This document shows positions 22,826 through 34,760 of a stretch of 64,000 nucleotides of DNA, piece by piece (positions within the stretch are counted from its first letter, which is position 1; each line of letters opens with the position of its first letter). The notes beneath the pieces were generated by a model. It saw only the letters and a program-made list of their open reading frames with translations. It searched no databases and was not told the origin of the DNA. The stretch lies in contig CM060731.1 in NCBI GenBank assembly GCA_030704615.1, positions 85,126,001 to 85,190,000 on the forward strand, in the 5' to 3' direction. Origin of the DNA: Takakia lepidozioides. Its lineage: Eukaryota > Plantae > Bryophyta. The translations under genes and the position numbers were made by a program.

Positions 22826-23730
22826 CCGGTATAGATGGAAAAACATGTAAAGAACACTGATGCAACCGGCCAATTCTGAGGAAGGAGACAGAGGGAGAGA
22901 GGGGGCAAGAAAAAAAAAAAAATGTGGGGGGGGGGGGGGGTTGGTGACCGAGCAGCCCCACATTTTTTTCTTTTTTTTTGGTTTCCCTCTCTCTCCCTCT
23001 CTCTCCCTCTGGAAACTGGGTTTATGGAATTGTTGTCCGGACTTCCATCTTTGAAAAAATTGAAAGAATTGAAAAACTGGGTTGCAGGGAATTTTGGATG
23101 TTTTTCATCCTTTTTTTTTTCTTTTTTTTTCCCTAGTAAAATATTTCTTCACTAAATACCTGTGAGGTTTTTTGCTTCATCCAAACATCAACCCGGAATG
23201 TATTGATTGCAAAACTCCCGTCAGTTTTTATTTTTTCAATCCAACCTGGATGAAAAAATGACTTCATCTGACAGGATCTAAATACGGGGCAAGACAGGTA
23301 TAAAAAAGTTTTTTTAAAAAAAAACCCCCGATGTTTTTCATCTAACCTAGATGAAAAATGGACTGCATCCGTCAAGTTCAAGACAGGATGAACGCACGAT
23401 GTCTTTCATCTTCCGCGAATGAGAAACGGACAACGTCCGTCAGGCGTACAGACTGGCGGATGTTTTTCATCCTGAGGATGAATGACGGGCCAGACAGGGG
23501 AAAACCCTGCGCAACCCTAATGTCTTTCTTTTTGCGCTGCGAGAGCGCGTGCGATGGCGGATTGGGATGAGCCATGGTGCTCGTGCTGCAGATACCATGA
23601 GCTGCCAATCCTTGAGTGTTTATGACTCATGTGAGCGCTGCCTATGCGGGCTCTTTAAGGCGATGGTGGTGGCTTAGAGATGAATATCTTTGAAGTATGC
23701 TTGGATTATAGCTTGCAGACAGTAAATCTG

Positions 23731-24031
23731 TATGACCATTTGACCTGCAACACATCAAGGCCAAAATATGGCCAAGTACCCGCCATCCCACCCAGACCTC
23801 TCAATGTATATCATGATCATGATTGGCGGTCAATCAACATCAGTGGCATACTCTTTGGGTTATGAATAATACTGACATGAACACATTACTGTGCATGGAT
23901 GTAATCTGGATTTTCTAAGCTTGATGATGGATGGATGGTGTCACTATTGGCTGATATGTCTGATTATTCTTTCATGACAACGACCCTAGGGGTCCTGTCT
24001 TTGTCTTGACATGACAAAAAATATCTTCCCT
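23731..24031. repeat. Dispersed ~300-bp repeat, copy 2
   Basis: Matches 229-534 end to end. Confidence 0.85.
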
Positions 24032-24039
24032 CTCTCCTT

Positions 24040-25150
24040 GTCCAATATGCTTAGTGGTTTCTGCATACACTATCCATTGACTATCATGCTGAACTTCCAG
24101 CATACTTGTAATGTGGTTTGTATCCAAGAGAACGCACTAACATTCTTTTTTTGCAGAAGTCCATCATGACCAACCCGGAGTGGATTGACGAGATGTAGAA
24201 TTTGGGATACCAGTACCCACTGCCCACTACGATCCCTGCAATTCAAGCAGTGTTGGAGCATACAACGCTACCAGATTCCCAAGATACTGACCAAGTAGTT
24301 TCTCACAGGATTTGACACCCAATCATCCATGTCTATGTGAGAGCACCAATAGATTTAAAAGGTTCTGCGACAGTGATACACTGGCTGAATTCCACATGCC
24401 TGGTGACTCTCACACTCAACATGTACGGACAATGGACCTCACCATTATCCGACACCATGGTTTGAGGAAGCTATTTGGGCTAGGTATGAATCATATCCCT
24501 TTGAGAAAAACTCTACTGAAAGAGGTAGTAGATGAGGTATCTCTAGCCTTTTGGAAAACATGTGAAATATTGGATGTGTCAGAATTTGATCCCTGGGTAT
24601 CTGAATGCCATGAGTGGCTCAAGCAAACCTGTTGGGACAGATTAAAGAAAAAAACATACAAGGGAATTTTCTCACAACACGAGAAAATCCCCCTTGAGAT
24701 GGCGGATGCCCAAGACGAACTAGCTTGGCTTCGAAGTCATCTGTATATGTCAGGCTTGGACAAAGCTAACAATAATGTTTGTTTCATGTGTGTGAAGCAT
24801 ATCAAAACACAAGCCTTTCACAGGCTGATGGGTAAGGACTTTAAGCCATGCATCCAAAATGAGGTATGGACTCCACCCACAGAAATCAGGGATTCCTTGA
24901 CTAATGATTTAGAAAGGATGATTCCTGAACTATCCACTGAAACCTCTAATCTACCATACATCATGGGGATCTATAAACTACACAAGAAAAAATACCGGTG
25001 GATCACTAATGCCCACAAATGCATTTTTAGTGGGCTAGCAAGTTTACTTACTTGTGCCACTATGACTCTTTTGCCGCTCGTGAAAGAGTGGATGTAAACG
25101 AAGCTGGATACCTATGAAAAATCTCTTAAAATCTTAACTGGACTCCGTTT
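24040..25150 (+). pseudogene. Penelope-like element: N-terminal region and start of RT
   Basis: HPCLC...HVRTMDLTIIRHHGLRKLF; GLDKANNNVCFMC (DK motif); LPYIMGIYKLHKKKYRWIT. Confidence 0.65.
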
Positions 25151-26222
25151 TTTTGCTGCACAAGGGAACCACGGTAGTGATGGCGGAGGTACCACCTGCT
25201 TGCTTATGAAGTTTCCTAGGAGCCCTCCTCTGGATCTTTGATGAATGGCGGCGTCTTGGTAGAACAAGGAAGTCTCTCTCCCTCCCTTTGTAAACCCTAC
25301 CTTTTGAGACCAAGCTCTTTTTTCTTGTGCTTGGCAAGACTTTGCTTTGGTTAAGGTAGTAGTGTTGTGGTGCTGGCGGAGACCTCCCTGCACGGTTAGG
25401 CTTGTGGAGAGATGACGACTCTCCCCCAAACAGTAAAAAAAAAGGTTCTTTTTCTGTTTGTCTTGCTTCCCTGCTTTCTTTGGGTCTCAACAAAGTTTTC
25501 CATGGTGTGGGCATCCTGAAGATAGAACGTGAGGAAGAATTTATTGTCTTGGGCTCTCTAGCACCATAGGGATGCTCCGCCTTTGGTTACCAATTTTGAA
25601 AGCCCCGAGGCTGAGGCATAGGGTTTTTTCGCCAACGGTTTTTGAGAAATGAAAGTGCTGGTGGTGTGTGTTAATTAGGATGCGATGGTGAGGAATCATC
25701 GACCCGTCTCCCTCGAGGATGGGGAGGTAGTACCACATATCGATTGTGGCCCTAAAGCGACCGTTTTTCGTGGCGAGGAGCCACCCATTGCACCTGATCC
25801 AATACAGGCTGCCGGACACAATTGTAGAAGGGACCAGGGCCAAATTTCAAGTGATGCGGAGGATGTTGACACTCCGGGATCGAGTTGGGCGCGCCGCGGG
25901 TCGCCCCCTCGCGGGCCACCCCGTCCAACCACGACCACCTTTGACCCCCCCGACATGATTGAGTGTTGGTGCACTAAGTGTTGGGAACGGATACTGCCGG
26001 GCGGCACCAGACTACCGAGGCGGCGACCGCATGTTGTCGAAAAACATTACAAGAAGAACAAGATTGCGGATGCGGCAAAGGTGAGTGTTTTTCCCACCCC
26101 TCTCATTAACATTCATTTAAGGTACATTTAGGTTTATCTAATAATATAGTATGATTGGTAAGCATACATAAATCCAAATTACGACATAAGTATTGATGCG
26201 TCGTTCAGTACGCATACTGTAG

Positions 26223-27407
26223 CCACGACTTGATGCCCAAGCTCGCAATCACATTGCACTAGAGGCATTTCGCACCGGTTTACTTGCAGAATTTGTGCCA
26301 GAGCATGTGCCCGATGTGACCAGTTGGTTCCCCCAGCAGCACGTAGATGAGATGCGTAGGGTCGAGGGATATCGTAGATGTCATAGGCGTTATGGCCGGC
26401 GACGAGCATGCCCACCCCCCCCTCTAGTTTCCTCAGGCGGTCCCCCTGATTGTGGCCTCCTCCCCCCCCCGTCTGTTTCTTTGCCTGATCCACCTCTGGT
26501 AGTACCTGATCTGGACGTTGTACCCTCGGCTGCACCTCCGGCATTACATCCTCAACCACCTCCACTTTCATCTCCTCCGCTAGCAGTACCACCTCTACCT
26601 CCACCACCATCACCACCTCCACCTCCACCTCCACGTGCATGTGCCCCCCGAACCCCTAGGAGGGGTCGGCTTCGCCCTAGGTTTCCTCCCCTTCGGCTTG
26701 GGCGGCCTGAGCCAGATCCTCGCCCCTGATGGGAAGCGCATAAGACTATGTTACTGAGGACCATCCGGCCTCGTTGTTGGGGGAATCATCTCGATCCTCC
26801 CACCCCCATCCGAGAAAATGTGGAGTTCGAGTATTGGGGAAGACGGTATGGTGTCAGAGCCGCTACAGACCCTGCTATGGGTCGGGGTTTATTCACGGTC
26901 AATGATATTGTGGTTCCTCCTCGAAGAAACAACATGGTGGACTTGTTTTCCTACTATGGTCCATACTACACCTCCGCGGAGTTCCGTACATTACGCCTTG
27001 AAACCCTATACATCCTACCCTACATTTTGTGTGTCAACGGACATGATGTACGTAGACTGGGGTTGTCTCCCATTGAGATCAGATTTTGTGATGGTGACCC
27101 CGACATCTTCGGCAATGTTGCTGGGCTGGTCAACAGTTCTTTTGGTCATCCTAAGAGAACTAATGTAGTATGGGGCGAGCGAAGCGATGGGCATGAGAGC
27201 TTTTGTGGTCATACGTCGGTATACTGTGAGGGGATGCACATGTTTGTGATGACATGTGCTAGTATGACTATTAGGGCTGGCAGCGAACTATTTGCATCAT
27301 ACGAGTTCTCCCGGGATGATTGGGACCTCCGATTACAGCGTGAGTGGGATGTGTATGATAGAAATAAGGTTCCTTTGAGACAGGGATCGCGTAGAGGGGC
27401 ATTGTAG
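26223..27407 (+). pseudogene. Pro-rich + SET-domain protein (one in-frame TGA at 26727)
   Basis: MGRGLFTVNDI, YYGPYY, GNVAGLVNSS (NHS-like), TIRAGSELFASY (ELxxxY); ORFs 26295 and 26748 are in the same frame. Confidence 0.7.
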
Positions 27408-27454
27408 ATATTCTCATGATGTACTTTGTATACATCCGATTAATCGATTGATGT

Positions 27455-27770
27455 AAATATTTTTCTTGTTGCTCGTGTGGGTTGCAACTTTGCATATGTG
27501 ATCTAAACATACTTATGCACATGTGGACCAAATATGAGCTTGAACCAAGTTGATTCAATGGGTCATTCTAGTGTTGAACGCAGCTACGTGTCATAGAGAC
27601 AGAAAATTGCGTTTCGCCTGCACATGATTTTTTTTTTATTCCATTTTCAAGCCATATTCCATTTTTATTTATTTATTTTTTGGTCCAATTTTTTGCATGG
27701 ATGTAGTGGTGCAAAGCCCAATGTCACATAACAAAATAGAGCTAAAAATAAAATCATTACGCTCCTCAAA
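27455..27770. repeat. AT-rich repeat module, also present inverted at 49770-51240
   Basis: e.g. 27480-27657 is the reverse complement of ~50860-51030. Confidence 0.75.
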
Positions 27771-28266
27771 ACCGCAAATCATATATTTTAAATGCAATAT
27801 TTATTTTAAATTCATTTAAATTCGATTTAATTCAAAATTGGTGCAAGGGTGAGTGTGTCGTTGGGAAGACAAATGTTTTATTTTTATTTTTATTTATTTA
27901 TTTTATTTTATTTTTAATCTGCTGGATCTTTGTACAGGTGTTGCACACATATTTAAGCACATGTAGGAAAAAATGAAGCTTGAGCCACATCTGTTTGTTG
28001 GGTGCAATGGCATGAGAGGATTTTCTTTCACATTAATAAACAAAAATTGGTTGATAAGGTGAATGCGTTATTGGGGGGGGCAAATGATTTTGTTTGGGTT
28101 TGAAATTCTGCGTGCTTGTACGTTGCGCACATACATGTAATTATTGAATGACATATTTGATGCACGCACACATTGAAGGTTGTTGTTTGCATTTCGCTTA
28201 TAATGAGTTGTATGGTTGCAAGGACACATTATAATATATGTCCCTATGTTCATTTGTTCGTATCAG

Positions 28267-31207
28267 GACTTTGTCCATCCCTTCCCGGTCCTTTCTCTTG
28301 GCACCCCATTCGAAAACAACCCAAGTACATTAGGCGGGAGTCGTGGGCGAGACGCCGCCCCCACGGTACTCGACGATGATGATGATGACAATGACAATGA
28401 CAATGACAACAACAATGAGCATGGAATTAACCAGGAGGATGTGCAAGCCATGGCGGATCTCTTAATGCATCATGTGGGCGCTGATGCATCCCATGAAGAG
28501 GGAACCCGGCTAATCGATGATCCTGAAATGGCCCCCTCAAATGACATGGAGAGGGAGGCAAGAACTCCCTTGTACGAAGGGGCGAAAGTGAGTCGACTTT
28601 CAACAATCTTACTTTTGCTCAATCTTCAAATTCGATTTGGCATAAGTAATGTTGGGATGTCTGCCATAATGCGAACTATTGCAGACTATATCCTTGCTCC
28701 ACACTTGAAACCCAAGATGTCACGGTCGCGGAAAGAGGCCCGCGAAGTCTTGGACTATGTGGGGATGGGCTATAAGATTTTTCATGCATGTCCATGTGAT
28801 AAAACCCTATACTACGGAGAGGATTTGCGTCTCACCAAGTGCCCAAAGTGCAAGAAAGACCGATATCGGGATGATGTCCAAGGGAAAAAAGTACCACGCA
28901 AGGTATAAGCGTCATTCCCCCTCGCATGGAGATTACTTTCTTTAATCTTCTCAATGCATGTAAAGTGTATTCCACAAAGTTTAGGGTTTAGATAATAGTA
29001 CTGATGCAAGATCTGATTGTGGTTTTGAAAAGAGTGAGTGAGGAGTGGAAGGAGCGACGTTCGGTTTTGACCATTCACGCCCAAATGAGGGAGATGCTGC
29101 ATAAAGTGAAAGACATAAGGGTGTTGTATTATGTGTGCTAATGGGATGATTACATGTGGGGGGCGTGGGGTATTTCATCCTAGAAAATGCATTACTTTCC
29201 GATCATCCCGCGATTGAAGGCACAGTACCGAAGCCCCGAATTGGGCAGACTCATGAGATGACACGCCTCCCAGGAAAGGTGTGCGGGCCACAAGATTCAC
29301 AAGCATGGAGGCATATTGAAGAGATGTGGCCTTTTCTCTTGGAGGACCCACGACATGTCCACCTCGGCTTCTCCTCGGATGGGGTCAACCCATTCTCTCC
29401 AGTCATGTAGTCATTCCATTTGGCCGATGACCATGGTGAATTACAATATCCCTCCGTATCTTTAAATTAAAAAAGACCATATCATGTTGGCTGCCATTGT
29501 GCCAGGTGAGTGTACTCATTTCATGTTTATTATTGCCTTTTTACATTAAACTTCTGATCTCTGACGCAATTCGGATGCAAGATTGATGAGTGACATAATC
29601 ATGGAGTAAGACGGGTAATTCATTTTGTAGTATAATTTGCATATTGGTGGAGCATTGAAATAATGATGTGAATATCTCATAGGGAAAAAACAAGTGACAA
29701 ACATAGACACGTACTTGCGACCTCTTGTTGATGAACTTAAGGAGCTATGGAAGGGGGTCCCGACATTGGATGCTTCACTTGATCCTATGGTCAGACAATC
29801 TTTTCAGATGAGAGGCATCTTGCTTTGGACAATACATGATTATCCAGGTATATTACATTGAACAAACCACGTACATTCACTTGTCAATGCCGGATAATAT
29901 CGATGAGGATTGGGATTGATTGAAGTAGCGGCGACAGTCTTGTGCACCGTAGTGGGGTAGATGGCATTATAGGCCATGCACATGACAACTTTTTGTTTTT
30001 GCTAATATGGCGGGATGTGTAGTACAGGACTAACTGTTTGCTCGGGGCTAAGCACCAAAGGGTACCATGCATGCTTGCATTGTGGCGATGATCTTGATGC
30101 ACATAGCTCCCGCCATCTTCACAAGTTGGTGTATCCCAACTACCGCAAATTTCTTCCTATCAGCCATCGATGGAGAAGAAGAGAGAAACACTTATTTGAT
30201 GACAAAGAGGAAGTACGTCCCCCCCCCCCATGATACCGTCCGGGCAGTTTGGGGAGGACCGATGGAAGGAGGCCCATGCGGGCATGGACGGTGAAGTGGA
30301 CGTGCCCGGCATGAAATGACTTTCAATCTTCTACGAGTTGCCATATTGGGCGGTACATATTCCACAAAAACACCGTCAATATCCATATGCATGCATGTGA
30401 TATTGTACATTTGGTATGCGTTGCATTGTCACTTTCACGTAAAAAATTTTGTATAAGTATTTGTGGGTGGGGATATATGTAGGACCTGAAGATTCGCCAT
30501 CTTCTAGATCCCATGCATATTGAGAAGAATGTCTGCTCGTCCATTTTTCGGGTTCTTCATGGCACGCCGGCAAATAAGGGAGTGGCTGCAAAAGGAGATT
30601 ATCTCGGTGTTAGAAAGGAGCTTGAGAAGCAAGGTCGCATGCGCCATCTATGGGTCGAACAAAATGGTGTGGACCCAAAGGGTGTTGTACGGTGGAAGTA
30701 TAGGCACGCACCTTAGCAATGGACAAAGGAGGAATACAAGAAAGTGATAGCCACCATAAGTGTTGTCCGAACACCAACTGGTTATGGGTCATTCCTCCGT
30801 ACGAAGTTCAGCGAAGAAGACGGGGTCCATGGTTTGAAGTCTCATGACTACCACAATCTATTGCAAGACATCTTGCCCATTGCAGTACGTGGGACATTGA
30901 CTCCCGAGGTTCATGAGACAATCTATAGATTGGGAGGCTTGTTTCGGTGGATTTGCTCCAAAGAGTTGGAGGAAGCAGATTTTCCACGCATGAAGAAGGA
31001 GGCGGCGGAGGTAATGTGTATGTTGGAGATGCACCTTCCTCCCTCCTTCTTTGATATCCAAATGCACTTGGTAGTGCACTTAGTGGAAGAGGTTTCGATT
31101 GCCGGCCCCATTCATTCTCGGTGGATGTACTTCCTTGAGCGTTATATGAAGACTTTGAAAGGATTTGTAAGACAAATGGCGCACCCGGAGGGTAGCATGG
31201 CGGAGGG
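28267..31207 (+). pseudogene. CACTA Tnp2/TnpD transposase with stops and frameshifts
   Basis: TPLYEG...HACPCDKTLY...CPKC; DGVNPF; MHIEKNV; DUF4218-like C-terminus; GT-AG introns. Confidence 0.9.
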
Positions 31208-34200
31208 CCCGCCAGTGGCGAATTCGCCAGGCGAACGGGAGTTTGCAAAAGTGCATGTGCTCGGGCCTAGTCTTCTCATGAACATAACATGAATTGTCAG
31301 GACAGTACCCATTGTATTATTGGACTGGAGCTGCATGCTGTATGTCAATAGTGGAACCATTGCCACAGAGTACTCCTTCTATTATGGCAGCTATCTATAT
31401 TTTCAGCCAATGAGGACTCAACCATCCAAAAACTCTCAATCCAGAGGACATACTTTGTGGGCTCTTCAAAGATGGACTTGGGGATTCTTTGTGAACGCCA
31501 TGACTGGGCAGCTGAGCCGTTTAGGAAGTTCAAGAAGTTCAAGAATTGAGCAGTCCGGGCAGGATCCGAAAAACGGGGCGTAACGAGTTCTTTTGGGGTT
31601 TTCTCGGGTGGGCTGTCACGGCCCTTTACCTTGAGGGCAGGGGGGTCGGGACGCAGAGGGGCTGCCCCTGTGGTGGGGGCGGTGGCAGCAATAGGTACGG
31701 GGGGTTGAAGCACCCTTGAGTGCCCAAGGCGCTCAAGGAGGCAGAGGCGTTCACTAGGTGGAGCCCCGCACACGGGGTTGTGGTGGGGGTGGCTCCACAA
31801 GGGGTGGTGGTAGCTTAGTGGGACTTAGTGGGGGTGACATAGGACTCACCATGGGGCGGAGACCTTGTGGTGGGAGTCGTGGGGAGTCTTGGGACTCACC
31901 ACGGTCCAATGGGGCCGTGGTGGGTGGGCCAAGACTCACCGCGACTCATCATCGGGAATCGAGGGTCTTTGTGGTGGTTCGCCATAAAATGGCATGGTTG
32001 TTTGTAAAACCCCCGCGGACAGTCACAGAAGTATATATATGGAGTAGTAACCCCGAGAACGGTGCAAGCCCGTTGGTGACCAAAAACTAGTGAGTAAGCG
32101 AGCGAGACGGAAAGCGACCAGGAAGTGGGGAGCTATTCCGGACTGCCAACTACCAAAGAGAATTTCCACTAGGCCCAAATTGGTGGAGGGTCTGTTGGGG
32201 GAGAAAGGGGGGACCGTTATGTCCCGGTGAGCAGCCGAAGCTCCGAGTTGGCCCGACGGTCAGGTTGGGAGTTAGGCGCGCGCATCAAAGCAAGTAACTA
32301 TGACTTGAAGGGGAGCTTACCGAAGTGAGGTGCGGGACATGGGCAGTTCGGGCAGATTCCAAAAAATTGACGACAATGATGTGGCGACGAAACATGACGA
32401 CGATGGCACCCTATTCCTGCTCTACGCTAAACTACTTAAGCTTCCGACCTTCGGTCGGTTGTCGCTAGAATAGGTAAGAGTGGGTGGGGAGGATTTGACA
32501 GGGGCCCGCCGGAGGAGCCCAGGCTACCGGCATCCGGTAAAAGTACCGTCAGCTCGCACGCGTCCATTGAGTTCTTACATTATTCCTATTGTCTTCCAAT
32601 ATGTAAATATGTTTCATTCGGGCTCTTAATTCTAGAGTGGTCCAGGAATTAGCGTGGTCCAGGAGTTAAAAGAGGGGGCCAATGTAATAGGTCACCTGTA
32701 TTAATTAACGAAATGAAGGGTCCGAAAAAAGACGGCAGGAAGCTGATAGCTATTAAATAGGGGATGGTGATACCTATTAAATTGGGGACAGATGTCAAGT
32801 GGTGGGAGTGGGCCTGATTAGGGTCTTCCACGTGTCTCACCCTTCTAAAAGGGTCCCACCACCCTCACAGGGTATATATAGGAGAGCTGGGCTCTTCCTA
32901 CTTAAGTAATTACTTACTAAATTAGTAGCTTATTACTAGCTAGGGGGCTCTGCAGATGCAGGGCCCCAAAAGAAAAGAAAACAAGGCTACTTTACTACTA
33001 GGTAATAGGTTTAGGTCACGCACTTGTACTTCCCTGCCTCACCTGCTTACTCGTCAACAGCATGGTTTTCTGGCTCCTACCTGATCTGCGTCAAATTTCC
33101 AAGTTTTCATGCCTATCTATCGCTGCCTAAAATTGTAGAAATTAACCTTCGGCCGCAACTCGCCAAAAGATGATCAATGTTGAAGGTGAAAGATCAATTT
33201 GGGTGGGTGCAGAGGAACACCTGCTACATAGCTCCTTTACAGACGCGATATTGTTACGATAGTGTACAGCCACGAGTTTTTACAGGGATGAGGTTTAACT
33301 GTACCGGATGTGGAGGTCTGTGATGGGAGTGTCAGATTTGGGTGGGTCGAGGAGAGATCAGCATGGGTGCAGCATTTGGCACATCCCTGTCCCCATCAAT
33401 CGAGCGCCTCCCGACCCAACATTTCACACTCAAGACAATTCCCGGCAGCCGGCAGCCGTGAGCTTTTACAAACACAACTTCTAGGCGAATCGCTCAAAGA
33501 TGTGGAGCTGTTCATTAAAAAGGTAGTGTCGAGAGTTTCCTATGAGACCGCAATGAGCATCAACCACGACATCCACAAGAGCGAAGACAAATTGGACCCA
33601 GGTAACGTCCAGAACAATTATGATTTCAGTGTTAATGGTTAGGTTAGGGTATTCGGGTCATGCTAATCAGTCAGAAAGACGGAAGAAGGAGCCCTACAGG
33701 ATTCAGAAATAAGAGCTACAGTGGCCGCACCCTAGCATCCATGAGTCCGGTGGCCAGGACACGGATTCAATATTAAGAGGTCTCGTCTACTAGTCTATTT
33801 AACAGGCCTACAAAGACAGAGATCATCATCCTTGTCATATTGGCGTGGAGTAGTAGCAGGAGCGCCGACTCTCCCCAAAAAGGAACTTCCATCGACGCCC
33901 TGCAGGAATTTATCGTTCATGGAGATTTCTCAGCCTATTCTCTTCTCCAGTATTGATTTGTCTTTTACTTCGTCCTGTTCAAAGACTTTGCACCGCAATA
34001 ACCAGCTGCCTCTGCCTTCACATGTTCCACTTCCATACACCGCTCAGAATATGCCACTTCAGTATAAGCAAGGGGTGTTGCCCGGCTCCCTACAACCTTC
34101 CATTGTCTGAAAGAGAGAAATCTTCAGGATTGCAATAAGGTGACCATCACTTGTCATATAAATGGCTATCAGGGATAAGAGGCGGTAGATCAACAATGTT

Positions 34201-34760
34201 GTATTTATAAGGGTGGCATTGGCACCAAATAAAAGCACAAAGGTGTTGCACATCTCCAATTTGGAAGTGTTCTACTCAACATAAATGAACTCGGTAAAGT
34301 ACCGGCCATAACACCCTGTTCAATGAATGATCTTCCTGACCTTATTGCAAAAAATCAATTATTTGCAACAGTTCGGTTCCCACGGGTGTTGCAATAATGT
34401 GACAAGAATATCACCAAGACACCCTCGCAGGGCCTGCCAGCAGCCCCCTTCACCCTACCTGTACAAAGAATGTGCAAAGAGGCACAGCTGCTTCTTTCAT
34501 CAGTGGTATGGTAAGCCACCCTACTGGCTTAGATTCCTTGCTGCATTGATGTGTTGAAGGCTTGCTTGCTTACACATCCAGCAATAGCTACTGTGTTTAA
34601 GCCACATACCTAGCTTTTCTGCTCCTGAGACTTTTGGTCATGGCCCCCCAAAATGGGTTCCTATCAGGCAGATGGGCGAGAAGGGACAAGGTGGGGAAGG
34701 GTTGCACTTATCTTGGACATTTGGCTGAGGGCCAACTCGGGAGAGAGGAAGAACACATGG

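Larger units (their letters stand above)
25685..31207 (+). mobile_element. CACTA (En/Spm) transposon copy 1, 3'-truncated
   Basis: Zn-binding exon CWCTKC...VEKH (25685-26080), SET ORF, then spliced Tnp2 with HLGFSSDGVNPF, WTIHDYPG, GLKSHDYH, LERYMKTLK. Confidence 0.85.
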
